Shown here: piece after piece, positions 26,210 to 39,539 of the stretch
Position numbering within the stretch: the first letter of the stretch is position 1
How the letters are laid out: each line of letters starts with the position of its first letter
Assembly (NCBI RefSeq): GCF_018350175.1
Contig: NC_058368.1
Span: 194,434,001-194,498,000 of the forward strand
Reading direction: 5' to 3'
DNA from: Felis catus
Lineage: Eukaryota
Length of the DNA: 64,000 bases
Translations under genes and position numbers: made by a program
Notes under the pieces: generated by a model
The model's database searches: none
What the model saw: only the letters and a program-made list of their open reading frames with translations
Told to the model about the DNA's origin: nothing

Positions 26210-26620
26210 CAGGTTGTTGAGTGTAGGCTGTAGATGCAGACACTGAGATTTTTCTGGGTCTGAACCTACCAGCTAGGTGACATAGGGCATGTTCACTAAC
26301 CTCTATGGGCCTCTTTTACCTTGTTTGTAAAACAGAAATAATATCAGCATCTTCCTCATAGGTTGGACTAAATGAGTTTATATATGCAAAGTCCCTGGAA
26401 CAGTTCTTGGTTTATAATAAGTATCACATAATTGTTCAATGCTGTGGCTGCTTTGTTTCTCATTTGGTCCTCTTTTTAAAAAAAAATGAAGTATGACTTG
26501 GCATTTCCCAGAAAACTGAGCACTGGAAAGTTTAACTGACTAGCCCAAGGTCACGCAGCTAGTAAGTGGCAGAATGCTACAGAACCCAAGCCACTCTGAC
26601 ACCAAACCCCATGCCTACAC
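26210..26620. mobile_element. Two MIR fragments in opposite orientation (+ about 26210-26440, - about 26460-26620)
   Basis: MIR core motifs on both strands (gcccaaggtcacgcagctagtaagtggcaga). Confidence 0.7.
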
Positions 26621-28574
26621 CGTGGACAACGTTTTCAAGATCCCAAACGCTGAGATGACTGGAATCAGAATTGCAAAGGGAAACTGGCAATGCAAAGATG
26701 GCTGAATGAATGAATGAATGAATGAAGTCACTGTTGCAGTCCAACTGTGCAAATTATCAGCTGAACTGCCTGGCCACAGTTTTTAATGTGCAAAGTGAGG
26801 ACAAGTGTAGTTCATACACTAATTCAAGACAGGGAACACACGTCTGAACCACCACTCTGAACCAATCTATATACTTAGAAAAATATTGCACAGAGGAATC
26901 ACAAAGCAAAATGTTTTTATTGCCAGTTGCTACCAGAGATGAAAGTTGATTGAAAAAAAAAGAAAGAAAAATCCACTAGACTAAGTTCCGTGAGGTGAGG
27001 TGTTGAATCTCTTGTTCACAAGTACAATGGTTGGCAACCAGGAGGTAATCCATAAAAGCTTTGAATGGAATGAAGAAGCACAGTGTATCTGTTCATTAGA
27101 TATGAGCAACACCAAATTCTAGATTTTATATATGGTGAAAATGTGAATATTCAATATATTATATAAGTGTAAGCATATGAAGTGCTACAAACGAGAATTC
27201 AGGATACTGTGGATGCATAAAGCAGGGGAACCTGATCTTGTCTGGGCATGAGGAAAGGTTTTTTCAGGAAAGTGATGTGTGACTCAAAACCTGAAGAATG
27301 GGTGGGGGCAACCAGGTTAATGGGTGGCAGCAAGACTGAGACGCAGAGCATGTGATTCATAACTGCTGCTTCCAAAAGATTATACAATAACAGTACGAAA
27401 AGATGAGAACATTTGCTTTTTGTTGATTAAAAGAACAAAACAAGGAAAGTCAAAGTTGAGATAAGGAAAAAGCTTTGAAACACAGAGCTAACGTGAAGGA
27501 TGTATGTTGTGATTTCATGTCCAAGAAGATGTTACAGCAGACAAACGGGGGAAAAAGCCCAACAGCTTGTGTTGTTACAGAGATGGTGCCTTCCTGGAAC
27601 AAGGGTTGAAGGCTACACTCCAAATTCTTTCCAGCCCTGAGACTCTGTAATTCCAATTAGAATTAGGGTCGCCTTGTTTCCCAACAGCAATCCCAGCATG
27701 AGCTCAAAGCCAAACCAGGAAAGGTATTAATCTCCATAACCAGCCCTCCTCAGCCCAGGGAAGTTGTTTTTTCAAGGCTTTTCTCTCTTTTTAAATTGAC
27801 CACACCTCCCATATGGCTGTACTCTTCATGCTGTCTGGTTGCTCCTCTTGTGGGGAAAATGATAAGAGAAACAAATAAATTCATGTTTATGTAATAATGA
27901 CTCAATTCTAATTCTTCTAGGCATATCTGATGGTGCCAGAATGGCAGAATTGTTAAAGAGCATAATTCTAGAATCAGATCTGGACTGAATCCCAGTCCCA
28001 CCAGTTATAAGTTGTATGATCTGGCCATTGGTCTGAGCCTCATATTCCCATGTATCACATGGGAATAATAATTGTACACATGCTGTGTGGACATACCTCA
28101 TATGGTGGTAGTGAGGCATGTGAGATGATGAACGGAAAGGGGTCCCTATTTTGCCTGGCAGAGTGCAATCCCTCAATCCTAGTCAATATCTTTATTGTTC
28201 ACAAGAGGACTGTGCTAACAGGATCATGTGTTGCTTGAAGGAACCTGTATTATAATGGTGACAGTTCAGGCACAATGGCACTGAAATAGGGGAGTTAGAA
28301 GTATTCTGAGGATCAGGAGATTAACGGCTATCGATTTGCAAAGCAAAGCTTAGTATAGCAATGCTTTCTATTCCCAAATTTGTCATTAGTGCTTTGAAGG
28401 TCTGAAATCAAGGCACGGAGGGATTAAGCAATTTGTCCAAAAACATTCAGTTAGAATGTGATGGAGCTTTAATTTGAACACAGGCAATTCTGACATCAGA
28501 GTCCAGCACTTAAGCAATTTCTACCAGTTCCAGCCACATCAGCTGTAAAACAAACCCACTGGCTTCAAAAACGG

Positions 28575-28800
28575 CAAAAGAGTATAGCAGCTATGTGTGG
28601 AGTCAGACATCCCGGTTCAAATTGGAAGTCTTCCACCTATTAGCTTTCTGAGCTATCTTCTACAGTTTATTTAACCTTGTTAAGCCTTGGTTTCCTCATC
28701 TGTAAAATGGAAGACATAACAATTGTTCTTGTCTATTTCATTTTCATGGGAATGAAATCACAGTCATAGCTGAATGCCTAGTCCATAATAACTGATAATA
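28575..28800 (+). mobile_element. MIR
   Basis: ggagtcagac...ccttggtttcctcatctgtaaaatgg. Confidence 0.75.
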
Positions 28801-30491
28801 TTTAAAAGTTAGTAAACTTTGAGAGCTAGAAAAACCTAAAACACCATTTCTAATTCCTGATTTGTTAAATAAGATGAAGAACTACAGAGACTTGCGCAAA
28901 GTCACCTGAATCATTAGGAATTGCTGTTCTAACTCCTGCAGTTGTTCTTAGTGGCGGGAGTTGAGTCTTACTCAGCTTGTAATCTCTCAGGTGCTTAGTG
29001 TTCTAGAGGTGTGGGAGAAGGAAAGAAGGAAAGGATGAGTTAGGGAGTAAAGAAGGGAGAAGCAAAGGCAGGAAGAGAACTTATCACAGAGGATTCCATG
29101 GTCTGACTCCAACTGCAATCACATGGAAGGTCCAGATCTCATTCTAACCTCAGCATTAATGATTTTCTCTGATAGCACTCTCCACTAGGCTGCAGCCAAT
29201 TTCTTTTCTACTTTTTTCTGTTGTCTGCAGCTATCCAACATCCCATCACAAGTTTGGGGATGGGGAGACTCTGATGCAGGGGACTTCGGTTGGGATATGG
29301 CACATAAGGGAAGTCTATAATTTAAGTCAAAACCTGCTAGATAGGACACTCTACATCCTTCACTTCACTGCCCTTGTTCACCCTTTTGACACTGAAAGGG
29401 CTCTGCACATGGATACTCTATGTGCCATTAGGTGTGCAGGGATAATAACACTGCCAATCAGTCCACACGCCAAGAAGATAATATGCCACTGTTTTTTCTG
29501 GCTCTATGCCCATTAAGAGGTACGGTGATTTTCCATTATCCTTAAATTTCTTAAGCATTGAATGTTTTAGTGATGGCTTTAAAAGCATCACCACTGCACT
29601 ATGGGTAATGTCTCTGAGTATAAGCCCTTTACATATTTTATTTAATTTAAACGATCAGTTTAACAGTTAATATGTTTCCAGAGAATGACTATTGTTTGTC
29701 ACTTTTTTTGTGTGTCAAAATTTCTATCAGATCCTAAGTTTTAAGGTAAGAATGAGCTAACAAAGAGAGAGTAAAAAAAGATGAATATACAAAGTTGTAC
29801 TTCTGTGTGTTTCAGTCTGTCAGACAACACAGCTCTCATGTCCTTCTTAGCCATGGCAGCCATATTCATACTACCCACCAGGGTCTCAGAATATTCACCT
29901 CTACCCAGCTAAGAGCTAAATTTGGTAGGGGCCAACGCAGATCTCAATTAAATCAACATTTTAGCATTCAGATTGATGTTGCTTGTGGTCCAGATTTTCT
30001 GTCTGCATCGTTATGACCTAAATAAGCGTGGTTAATTGTCCCAAAGCTTGCTTTACTGACCTGTGCTCTGGGTGAGTTTTCACTATCTAAATTCCTGATT
30101 TGCCTCTTGTCCTGGGGTTCCAGACTGTGTGTATCTTTGTCTCATTGTCTTGGTCCTCTGAACTTCTGTCTCTTTTGGTGTGTGATTATGTAATCCATGC
30201 AAGAACATTGTCCTTGGTGATCTAAGGATCCTCAAACGCTCTGGATCAGTGCTGCTTTCCAGTGAGCATGAGTTGACCACATTTGGCTAGAGTGGATTTT
30301 ATATCTGACCACCTTAGTAAGCCAGAGTAATGGGAATAGCTAACATTTACTGAACCTCTTTATATTCAAGCACTGTGCAGAGGATTTAATTTGCATTATC
30401 CCATAGAAACTTAACAACAACCATAAGGGGTAGACACTATTATTTTGCCCAGGAAGCTAAAACTAAGAGATGTTGAGTAGACCAGCAAGTG

Positions 30492-30733
30492 ATAGAGGTG
30501 GATGCTTAAGTCACGAGGATAGAGGCCTTATGATTGGGATAGATGCTTTTATAAAAGAGACCCCACAGAGCTCCCTAGCCAGCTATACGCAACTTGGAAG
30601 ACAGTCTTCATCAGAAACTAATCATTCTTTAATTTTGGACTTCCAGCCTCAAGAACTGTAAGAAACAAATTTCTGTTGTTTATAAGTAACCCAATCTGTG
30701 ACATTTTATTATAGCAGCCCAAATAGACTTAGT
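30492..30733 (+). mobile_element. MaLR LTR 3' half (MLT1A-like)
   Basis: ttttataaaagagaccccacagagctcccta, ttggacttccagcctcaagaactgtaagaaacaaatttctgttgtttataag. Confidence 0.8.
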
Positions 30734-31489
30734 AGGTATCTAAAGGAAGCCTAGAGAACAAGGATCTAAAAATGTGCAAGAGCTTAAATGCCCCCCCCCA
30801 CAGGCATGGCCTCTTTGGGACACTGACACTGTCAAAAACCCCACTGGGCACTTGCCAAATTGTATTTGTGTCTCTGCTTTATTATTTCAAAATTTCCAAG
30901 TGGTAATCAGGACCATTAAGCTAACAAACCTAAGTCGTATGTCTGTACTTAGGGAGTAGCGAGCAATCCTAAGACCTTTAGGAAGAAATCAGTCCTGTTT
31001 CCCACAACAACCACCCATGGAGAATTCCCCCATAACATGAAGAGTATTCAAAGGCTGAGTAGCATAATTGTATGCATGACTGTACATCAGTTGAATTGTT
31101 TGTGTGTCTAGGCAGATTGTGAGCTTCATGAGAACATAAACTGGGTCTGTCTTGGTCCCTGAAGGGTGCCGAACTCCTAGCCTAAGGTTTGTCTCATAAC
31201 AAGTGCGCAATAAATGCATGTTTAATGAACAAATGAAAGAAATGTTTTTGGGCTGGTTCCTAGAAAGGGGTATGATTATCAGGATAAGATAGGGGAAGGC
31301 CACTATAGAGACAGGGAGGCAGGAACCATCTGGCCCTACAGGGGAGAGGACGAAGAAAATGGTCTCAATGGAGAAGGTTCAGTAATAGTTGAGACTAATC
31401 AATAAGATGGGGTCAAATTATGAAAAGCCTTCTAGGCTTAGAAGCATAAGGAAAGCAGTGGGGGTGGGAGCCAACATATGTTCTTCTTC

Positions 31490-32440
31490 TGTTAACAGCT
31501 TACTTGTGACCTATAATAAATTCTACAGTTTAATGTGTGCAATTTGATAGGTTTGACAAATGCACACACCTGTGAAACCATCAGTATGATCAGCACAATC
31601 AAGAAAATGAACATATACATTCCCCTGAAAATGTCCTCATGTCCCTTGGTAATCCCTCTTTTCTGCCTTTCCCCACTGTCTTCCCACCAGTCCCCAGGCA
31701 ATCACTGATCTGCTTTCAGTCATTATAGTTTGGATTTTCTCAATTTTTGTATAAATGGAATATACAGTAAGTGCTTTTTTGGGGGGAATATACAGTGGGT
31801 CTGTTTTTTGCATTCAGCACAATTGTGTTGAGATGCATCCGTATTGGTATCAATAATTAAATCCTTTTTTATTGTTGAGTAATATTTAATGGTACCACAA
31901 TTTGTTCATCCATGTGACTGTTGATGGAAATTCGGGTTGTTTCCAGTGTTTTGTTGTTATAAATTAATATATGAACATTTTATATGTTATGAATGTTACA
32001 AATATAAATTTTATATGGTATTTCTCTTGGAGAAATAAACCTAGGAGAAGCATGGTTGGGTCATGTGGTAGTGGTGTCTTTAGCTTTATAAGAAACTGTC
32101 AAATTCTTTTCTAAAGTGGTTTTACAAATTTCCATCCCCACCAGCAGTGTAATGGAACTCCAATCGTTCCACAGTCTTAACCAATACTGCTATGGGCATT
32201 AGAATTTGTATTGGTATTACAGTTTTAGCCATTCTGATAGGTGTAAAATGATACTTCCTTGTGGTCTCAATTTGCATTTCCCTAATGAATAATGATGTTG
32301 AACATCTTTTCATATGTTTCTGCACTTACTTTATAAAGTGTGTATCTTCTTCTTTTGCCCATTTTAATGGGGTTGTTTGTGGCTTTTTTCTACAGATGAA
32401 TTTAGAGTTCTTGATTCTAGATTCAAGCCCTTTATCCAAA
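31490..32440 (-). mobile_element. Ancient L1 (L1M-type) 3' end
   Basis: Minus-strand ORF 32122-32325 ([31 protein letters not shown]) is the L1 ORF2 C-terminus; followed by 3' UTR. Confidence 0.88.
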
Positions 32441-32596
32441 TTGTTATACAGTTGTAGTAATAACAACCACCACCACCACTTACTTTGGGTTAACAGTGTG
32501 CTGCTTGCTTTACGCACATTGTCTCAATGCTTACAGCAGTCCTATGAGCAATCTAATTATAACTATCCCAGTTCTACAAGTAAGAAACCTGAGGCT

Positions 32597-32824
32597 GGGG
32601 TGCCTGGGTGGCTCAGTAGGTTGAGCGTCCGACTTCGGCTCAGGTCATGATCTCACAGTTTGTGGGTTCGAGCCCCACATCAGGCTTTGTGCTGACCTCT
32701 TGCTCAGAGCCTGGAGCCCGCTTCAGATTCTGTGTCTCCTTCTCTCTCTGCCCCTCCCCAGCTCAAGCTTTGTCTCACTCTGTTTCTCAAAAATAAATAA
32801 ATGTAAAAAAAAAAAAGAAAAAAA
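32597..32824 (+). mobile_element. Can-SINE with 15-bp TSD, inserted in a MIR
   Basis: TSD aagaaacctgaggct at 32582-32596 and 32825-32839. Confidence 0.96.
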
Positions 32825-33930
32825 AAGAAACCTGAGGCTTACAGAGATTAAGTAACTTGGTTAAGATCACACTGCTAATAAGAGGTGGAGTCAGAACTTG
32901 AACTGCAAAGTCCATTGTTTTTATGTCATTGCCACAGAGACCTAGGAAAATCTGTCCTCACTAAATAAAGCAAACTCTCCAAGAATTTTTTTTTAATAGA
33001 AATATGTTTACTGTGAGAGAATAACTTGTGTTTGTTAACTCACCTAAGAAGTCTTTAAAGAAGGTTTGACCTGAATCCCATAACACATTTTGGAACAGAG
33101 AGTTCTGTTCCAGAACAAAATACATGGGTAAGGTGAATCATAGCTTGGCTGCTTAACACTCTTCCCTTGGCTGAGGGCACCAGCATGAATCAACCATCAA
33201 TCAACAGCAATGTGAAAGGTAGACGATGTAAGAAACTGTGGTGAGGGCACTTTAAAATTTCTTAAGGGAACAAGAATTGACACCTTAAGGATTCCTGGTA
33301 AAAGTGACAGAATCATCATTAGAAAGAATTCATTCCACAGACTTTGGAAATTACCTTTACTTTTCACCCACTATGCCCTGGGGTAGATGTTCAGATATTC
33401 TATCCACTTCATTATACCAGATGTTTAATTCAACAACTACTTCATGTCTATTTTTCTGCTAGCATTGTATAAAGGAACACAATAAATAATTATAATAAGG
33501 CATAATAGTGCTTATATTAAAAATATTTAACCACCAGTATGGCACGGACAATTGGTCAGAATGCCAGAGTGTCATACTGGTATCTGCCAGGGAAATACCA
33601 GCCCTACAGTAAGAGTTATCATACTATTGTATTGTTTTAGAATTTATAAGACATTTTTATATCAAGTATCTCATTTGAATTTCATAGCATTGGCAGCGAG
33701 GCATGATTATCCCCACTTCACATATAAAAATGATCAGAAAGGTAAATGATTTTTTCCACTGCTTTCCATAGCCAGTTAATCGTAGAAATGGGAATTAAAA
33801 TTGGGAGTTACGACTCATTATCCAAAAATGTTCCACCATTCCGCACAGTGTCTGGCTTCAAGGAGCAAATGATCCTGTTGGAATAATGTATGCATATCTA
33901 TGAAACAAAGACAATACACTTAGTGGAACA

Positions 33931-34215
33931 AATACATATATATATGTGTATATATATATACACACACATATATATATACATGTGTGTATATATATATATA
34001 CACACACATATATATATGTGTATATATATATACATATATATGTATATATATATACACACACACATATGTATATATATAACAAATATAATAATTTGTATAA
34101 CAAATATAATATATATATATTAAACACATGTGTATATACACACACATGTATATATATAACAAATATAATAATTTATATAACAAATATAATATATATATAT
34201 ATTAAACACATGTGT
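33931..34215. repeat. Compound (TA/CA/TG)n microsatellite plus an 80-bp-period tandem duplication
   Basis: Alternating purine-pyrimidine tract. The unit atgtatatatataacaaatataataattt.tataacaaatataat(at)nttaaacacatgtgt occurs at about 34066 and 34146. Confidence 0.93.
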
Positions 34216-34399
34216 TTCACATTCGAGAAAAAAAGAGGAGGATTGAAGGTATAAAATTGATGTCCCCAAAATGGTGGCCACTATTAAATATTCCTGGAAT
34301 GAAGGAGGTTGCACAGTTCTAAATGTTCTGCATCAAATGTATCTTTGCCTTCCCCTCTCCATGTCCAACTGTGACACTAGTCCAAGCCTACAGAGCCTT

Positions 34400-34572
34400 G
34401 CCCCTCAAAGTGTGATCCTTAAATCAGCAGTATCAGCATTTCCTTGGAGCACGTTAGAAATGCAGAATCTCAGCCCCCTGCCCCCACTCCCCACAAGACC
34501 TACTGAGTCTAAATTTTCACAAGACCCCAAGGAGACTTGTATGCATATTAGAGTTTCAGAAGGACTACTCTA
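34400..34572. mobile_element. MER5A
   Basis: ctcaaagtgtg...cagcagtatcagcatt..gttagaaatgcagaatctcagcccc. Confidence 0.75.
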
Positions 34573-35331
34573 GATCACCTTCATTACTCAGATAAGTTCT
34601 CTGCATCCTCTAATATGATTTCACAGCCATTATTCACCACCACCACCCATCCCAGCTCTTCTACTGGATGTTCTAGAACTTATGGTCTCTACCAGAAAAA
34701 TCCTCTATATCTTCAAACTTCCTTTAACTTCTCCACCACATGATGCATGGGGTGCTCATTATGAAACCTGCTTCTCTTGCAGGCTTCTCAAGCGAAAACT
34801 GTTTTTACCTTCCACACCCCCTGCATTGTAAAGAACCTGCAAGTGAAGCTAGGTGCTCTCCTTTATCCTCACAATCACTTATAGTAAACCATTTCCTCCT
34901 CCCTTCCAAAGTCCTGCTGTTTTTGAAGCATATGCCATTAAGCTCTACCACCTGTTATCATGCCTTGTTACGGTCACCTGCCATTGTCCTTAGCTTCCTT
35001 AATCACTGAAAACTTAGTCTCAAAATCACCATCATACTCTTCACCCCTTCTATACCACTATCTCTTTACCTCCTCTCCTAACAGCTACGTCAGCATTCTG
35101 GACCACTTCCACACCAATGCCATGGTCACCATCCAATCCCTGTGCCTCTCAGTACTTTACTACCTCAATTTTCTCCTTCACCTCATTTCAGCTCCCTACT
35201 ACCATGGCCATACACTAGACCTTCTTATTACTAATAACTACATAGCTTGTGAAATATTTGTTTCAAACATTTGCTCTTATTTCTGCAACTAAGTTAATTT
35301 TATAATCTCCCATAGCCTCCTGTACAAATTC

Positions 35332-35554
35332 TTTTTTTTTAATTATTTTAATGTTTATTTTTTTTTTGAGAGAGAGAGACACACACAGCAGGAATGGCGG
35401 AGAGGCAAGAGAGAGGGAGACACAGAATCTGAAGCAGGTCCCAGGCTCCAAGCTGTCAGCACAGAGCCCAATGTGGGGCTCGAACCCACGAACCATGAGA
35501 TCATGACTCAAGCTGAAGTCCGGTGCTCAACTGACTGAGCCACCGAGGCACCCC
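35332..35554 (-). mobile_element. Can-SINE (downstream member of tandem pair)
   Basis: Full reverse SINE ending ...gagccaccgaggcacccc. Confidence 0.95.
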
Positions 35555-35800
35555 TTTAATTCTTTTTTTTTTAATGTTTATTTATTTTTGATTTTTTTTA
35601 ACATTTATTTCTTTTTGAGACAGAGAGAGACAGAGCATGAATGGGGGAGGGGCAGAGAGAGGGAGACACAGAATCTGAAACAGGCTCCAGGCTCTGAGCC
35701 ATCAGCCCAGAGCCCGACGCGAGGCTCGAACTCACGGACCGCGAGATCGTGACCTGAGCTGAATTTGGACACTTAACCTACTGAGCCACCCAGGCACCCC
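35555..35800 (-). mobile_element. Can-SINE, CpG-rich young type (upstream member of tandem pair)
   Basis: gagccatcagcccagagcccgacgcg..ctcgaactcacggaccgcgagatcgtgacc retains its CpGs; doubled tail. Confidence 0.95.
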
Positions 35801-36979
35801 ATCCTGTACTATTTCTTTAACTACCATTAGGACCTCCAACACACCAGCCCCATCACTTTTCACTGTCCATTGCCTATCTTATGCCCTCCGTTCCTCCTTT
35901 ATTCTTTTAGATGCCATGGTCAACCTCTACATTCACTCACTCCCTTATATATTACCCAAACCCTGGATCCTCTTCCCTCCTTTAGTCCAGTTTGGGAAAA
36001 ACCCAACTGTAGTTTAACTCAATCCTCCACCTGTTGTACAACTGCACTCAAGCATCTGAAAGGGGTTGGAGAAAAACTCACTACAGGTCTTGTCTCTCTT
36101 TAAATCTGTGACCACCCAACTCCAAGCGGCCCTCTCGTACTACCCAGCAATTTCACTATATCCCCCAACTAATTCACTCTTCCATTGTCCAAGGTGAGCG
36201 TTCACACATTCTCATCTCCTCCAAAATCCTCAATGCTCTCTCCCTTTCCTCACTCTCAGCGCTTGACTCACTTTGTATTTCACTGAGAAAATCATAGCAA
36301 CCAAAAGGGAACTGTCACATCTTTCCACCACCAAATCTGTCAACCCACCTGCTTCTCTGCCCATCAGCTGTTTTCACATCTGTATAAAACCAAACCCTCT
36401 ACCTGTGCACTAGATGACATCCCCTCTCACCAACCAAAGACTTCGCTCTTATGACCATCATCTCTTTCTCCTCTTTGTCAATTTCCCCCTAAATATTATA
36501 TCATTCCCAACAGCCTACAAATACGCTACAATTTCATCTATTTTTTAAAAGATCCCTCCAGTGGCCTCATGTCTCTCGCCAGCTGTTTTGTTTATCTACT
36601 CACCTTCAGAAAAAAAAAAATTCCTAGAAATGGGAATATATTCATTCCCTCATATTTTATTCTCTTTTTAAACCACTTTGGGCAGGTTTTTTTCCCCCCA
36701 TGAGTATGCAGAAGCCAGTTATCAGTCTCTAACAAATCCCATCTTGCCAAATCTAAGGTTAGTTTTCTACTCCAGTCTGTACTCTGCAATTCTCCCCTCC
36801 TTTTCCGGTCCCTCTTGTGCTCTAGGCATCTTGCTGGGTCCTGTTCCAACTAACAACCAATTCTCAATTAACCTGGGAAGTATTAATTACTTCCAATTTA
36901 ACATACTTCTTATCCTCTTATCCTAGAGAGATCCAAACTTAATAACAGCCTCTTATTAAAAACAAAAACAAATAATCGT

Positions 36980-37209
36980 GGGGCACCTGGGTGGTTCAGT
37001 CGGTTGAGCGTCCGACTTCAGCTCAGGTCATGATCTTGCAGTCCGTGAGCTCAAGCCCCTCATCCGGCCCTGTGTTGGCAGCTCGGAGCCTGGAGCCTGC
37101 TTCAGATTCTGTGTCTCCCTCTCTCTCTGCCCCTCCCCTGCTCATGCTCTGTCTCTCTCACTCTCAAAAATGAATAAATGTTAAAAAAATTTTTTTAATT
37201 AAAAAAAAA
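36980..37209 (+). mobile_element. Can-SINE
   Basis: Canonical head, body and tail. Confidence 0.95.
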
Positions 37210-38044
37210 TCATAAAGAAGCGAGACTCTGAGGAATGCAATCATGTAACAGTATTTCAGGAATTATGACAGAAAGTCTCATAATTTATTACCTTTGGAGA
37301 CCTAAAGCAAGTCCTGTCATCTCTTGGGGACTTCATTTCTCATCAGTATAATGAGAAGGTTAGAGTCAGAAAAATTCTAAGAGTTTAATTAGGTATGAGA
37401 GAGAAACTCTAGGTATCCTTAGAATGAGATGTATTATTGGTCATGACTGAAGCCAGAACCAGTAATGTGTGAAGATTATGGAACTGGTTATATCATTGCT
37501 GCAAGAGGAAGCACCATAATTCTCTGATCTGTCAAACATGAGAAAATAGCAACCACCAATCTGGCATTATATCAGGGCCCGGGAAAGCATGGTCCAATCA
37601 CAGAACTTGCTTGAAATATGCCTCCTCCCTGCTTCTCAGAGCATGAAATTACTTAATAGGGGGGAACAAGGGAATTTCATTTTACAGTCAGAGATAAGAC
37701 ATATAATTCAGAGATTCTGGAAATTAGGGAAAGAAAAGCATAAGAAAAAAGCTAGGATGTCAGGAGATACATTTCAGCAAAGATGAAGACTGGGAAGGTT
37801 TGGATTTCCCCAAAATGTCACCCACTGTACAGTTTTATCACGCACCCACTTTGTGGCTTCTGTGTTGTAACTGAGAAACTCACAGTCATTTTTATATAAT
37901 ATGTAGTGATTGATGCTCAGGAATTCTTAGATAATTTAGAAAAACTAAAATGTCAAGTGTGTATCCTCCCATAATGTCAAATTTGCCTTATTCTATTCAC
38001 TTTAGTATTTCACAGCAGGAAGGGATCTTAAAAATCATAGTCCA

Positions 38045-38250
38045 GGGATGCCTGGGTGGCTCAGTCGGTTAAGCGGCCAATCTCATGGCTCAGTTCACGA
38101 TATCACAGTTTGTGGGTTCGAGCCCTGCATTGGACTCTGTGCTGACAGCTCTGAGTCTGGAGACTGCTTCGGATTCTGTGTCTCCCTCTCTCTCTCTGCC
38201 CCTCCTCCTCTCTCTCTTTCTGTCTCTCAAAAATAAACATTTAAAAAAAG
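38045..38250 (+). mobile_element. Can-SINE
   Basis: Canonical; degenerate TSD aaa.tcata.tcca. Confidence 0.93.
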
Positions 38251-39539
38251 TTTTTGAAAGTCATAATCCAAATATCACCTTTTCAGATGATGACACAAAA
38301 GGTCAACATATTGGACAGGTAAAATAAATAGCACCTCTCAATCTAGGTTGGCATTCTCCAGTTTTCGTCAAGCAATAACAGAAAGTAAAACAGCAAGTAA
38401 TGTATATTAAGTGCTTTCCATGAGTCAGGGATGTGGTACGCATTTGCCATTATTATTTCACTTAACCCTGTCGACAACTTATGAATTTGTTACTATTATT
38501 ATACTTCTCCTATAAACAAGGAATCTTCTCTGAGAATGATTAAGTCACCATTGAAAGTTATGTTGAATTCAAATCCAGGTTTCTTGTTCCATAGTTTAAT
38601 CTCTAAATCACAAGACTATCTTCCTGTTTCACTGTTGGATGCAGGTTACAGAATACTAAAAACTTCATAGATATGTCAAACATTCCCACTATTTCCAAAA
38701 CTGGCTCTAAATATGGACCTCCCTGCCAGGGCTGAGATGTGTGTAAGCTGGGATGAAATGGGGAATTTGGAGGACTCATGCCGGGAAAACTCTGGAAGAC
38801 CTACAAAATATGGCAGATGAAGGACAACATGAGGACATCACACTGTTCTCTTCTATTTTGCCAGCACTCTTGGCTCCCAGCATACTGTGGCCAGCATGCA
38901 TCAAGGGCATAGAATATTTTGTTTATTGGCAAGATGTTTTGAGACTTGGTTTCTCTTCAGGGATTAGAAATTTTAAAGTATGAATATAAGTTAATTAGTG
39001 GACTTCTATTTTTAACCAATATACCCAACCATGAATCCAGATGACCACTGCTATTTTAAAAGCAGTTGCCTTATGAAGCTGCCCAGGTAAATTGATGAAA
39101 GAGAAACAAACAATGTAAGTTAGATAATAGTCCAGGTGGAAAAGATCTCTTTGGCTTATCTGTTCCAACCCCCTCATTATAAACAAAGGAGAAATTAAAG
39201 TCCAAATGTAGGCATGTAACCTGTCCAAGTTCATACTGTGAGCAGAATCACATCTAAATCTAGAACCCAGATCTCCTGACTTTCAGTCCAGTGTTCTCAC
39301 CACTATCACTTTTGGTTTAGTAAATTCTGCATCTCATTCAAGCAAGCGGAGAAAAAATATATATAAAAGAAAAAACACAGGAGAAAAAGCAAGTCTAATG
39401 GAGACCACGAAATGATTACCACAGAAGGGAAGAATCACATATCCTTTCATGTCTGTAGTTTAGAGAATAAGTAAAATAGGCACTGTTACAGCATATTTTC
39501 ATTTATGATGAGCTGAAGACTCAGAGAGTGACATATCTA

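Larger units (their letters stand above)
34600..36880 (+). mobile_element. L2 internal (ORF2) remnant, interrupted by SINEs
   Basis: ORF 34960-35292 contains HGHTLDLLIT, which matches the APE-endonuclease GHTLDL motif of L2/CR1 LINEs. C/T-rich composition is typical of L2. Confidence 0.7.

Noticed and set aside
26611..26635. Partial RE1/NRSE-like motif (acaccgtggacaacg)
   Set aside because: Lacks the TCAGCACC half, has several mismatches, and sits at a MIR edge.
33858..34314. Multiple Y/I/H/T-rich ORFs (also 58808-59062)
   Set aside because: Translations of (TA/CA)n microsatellites.
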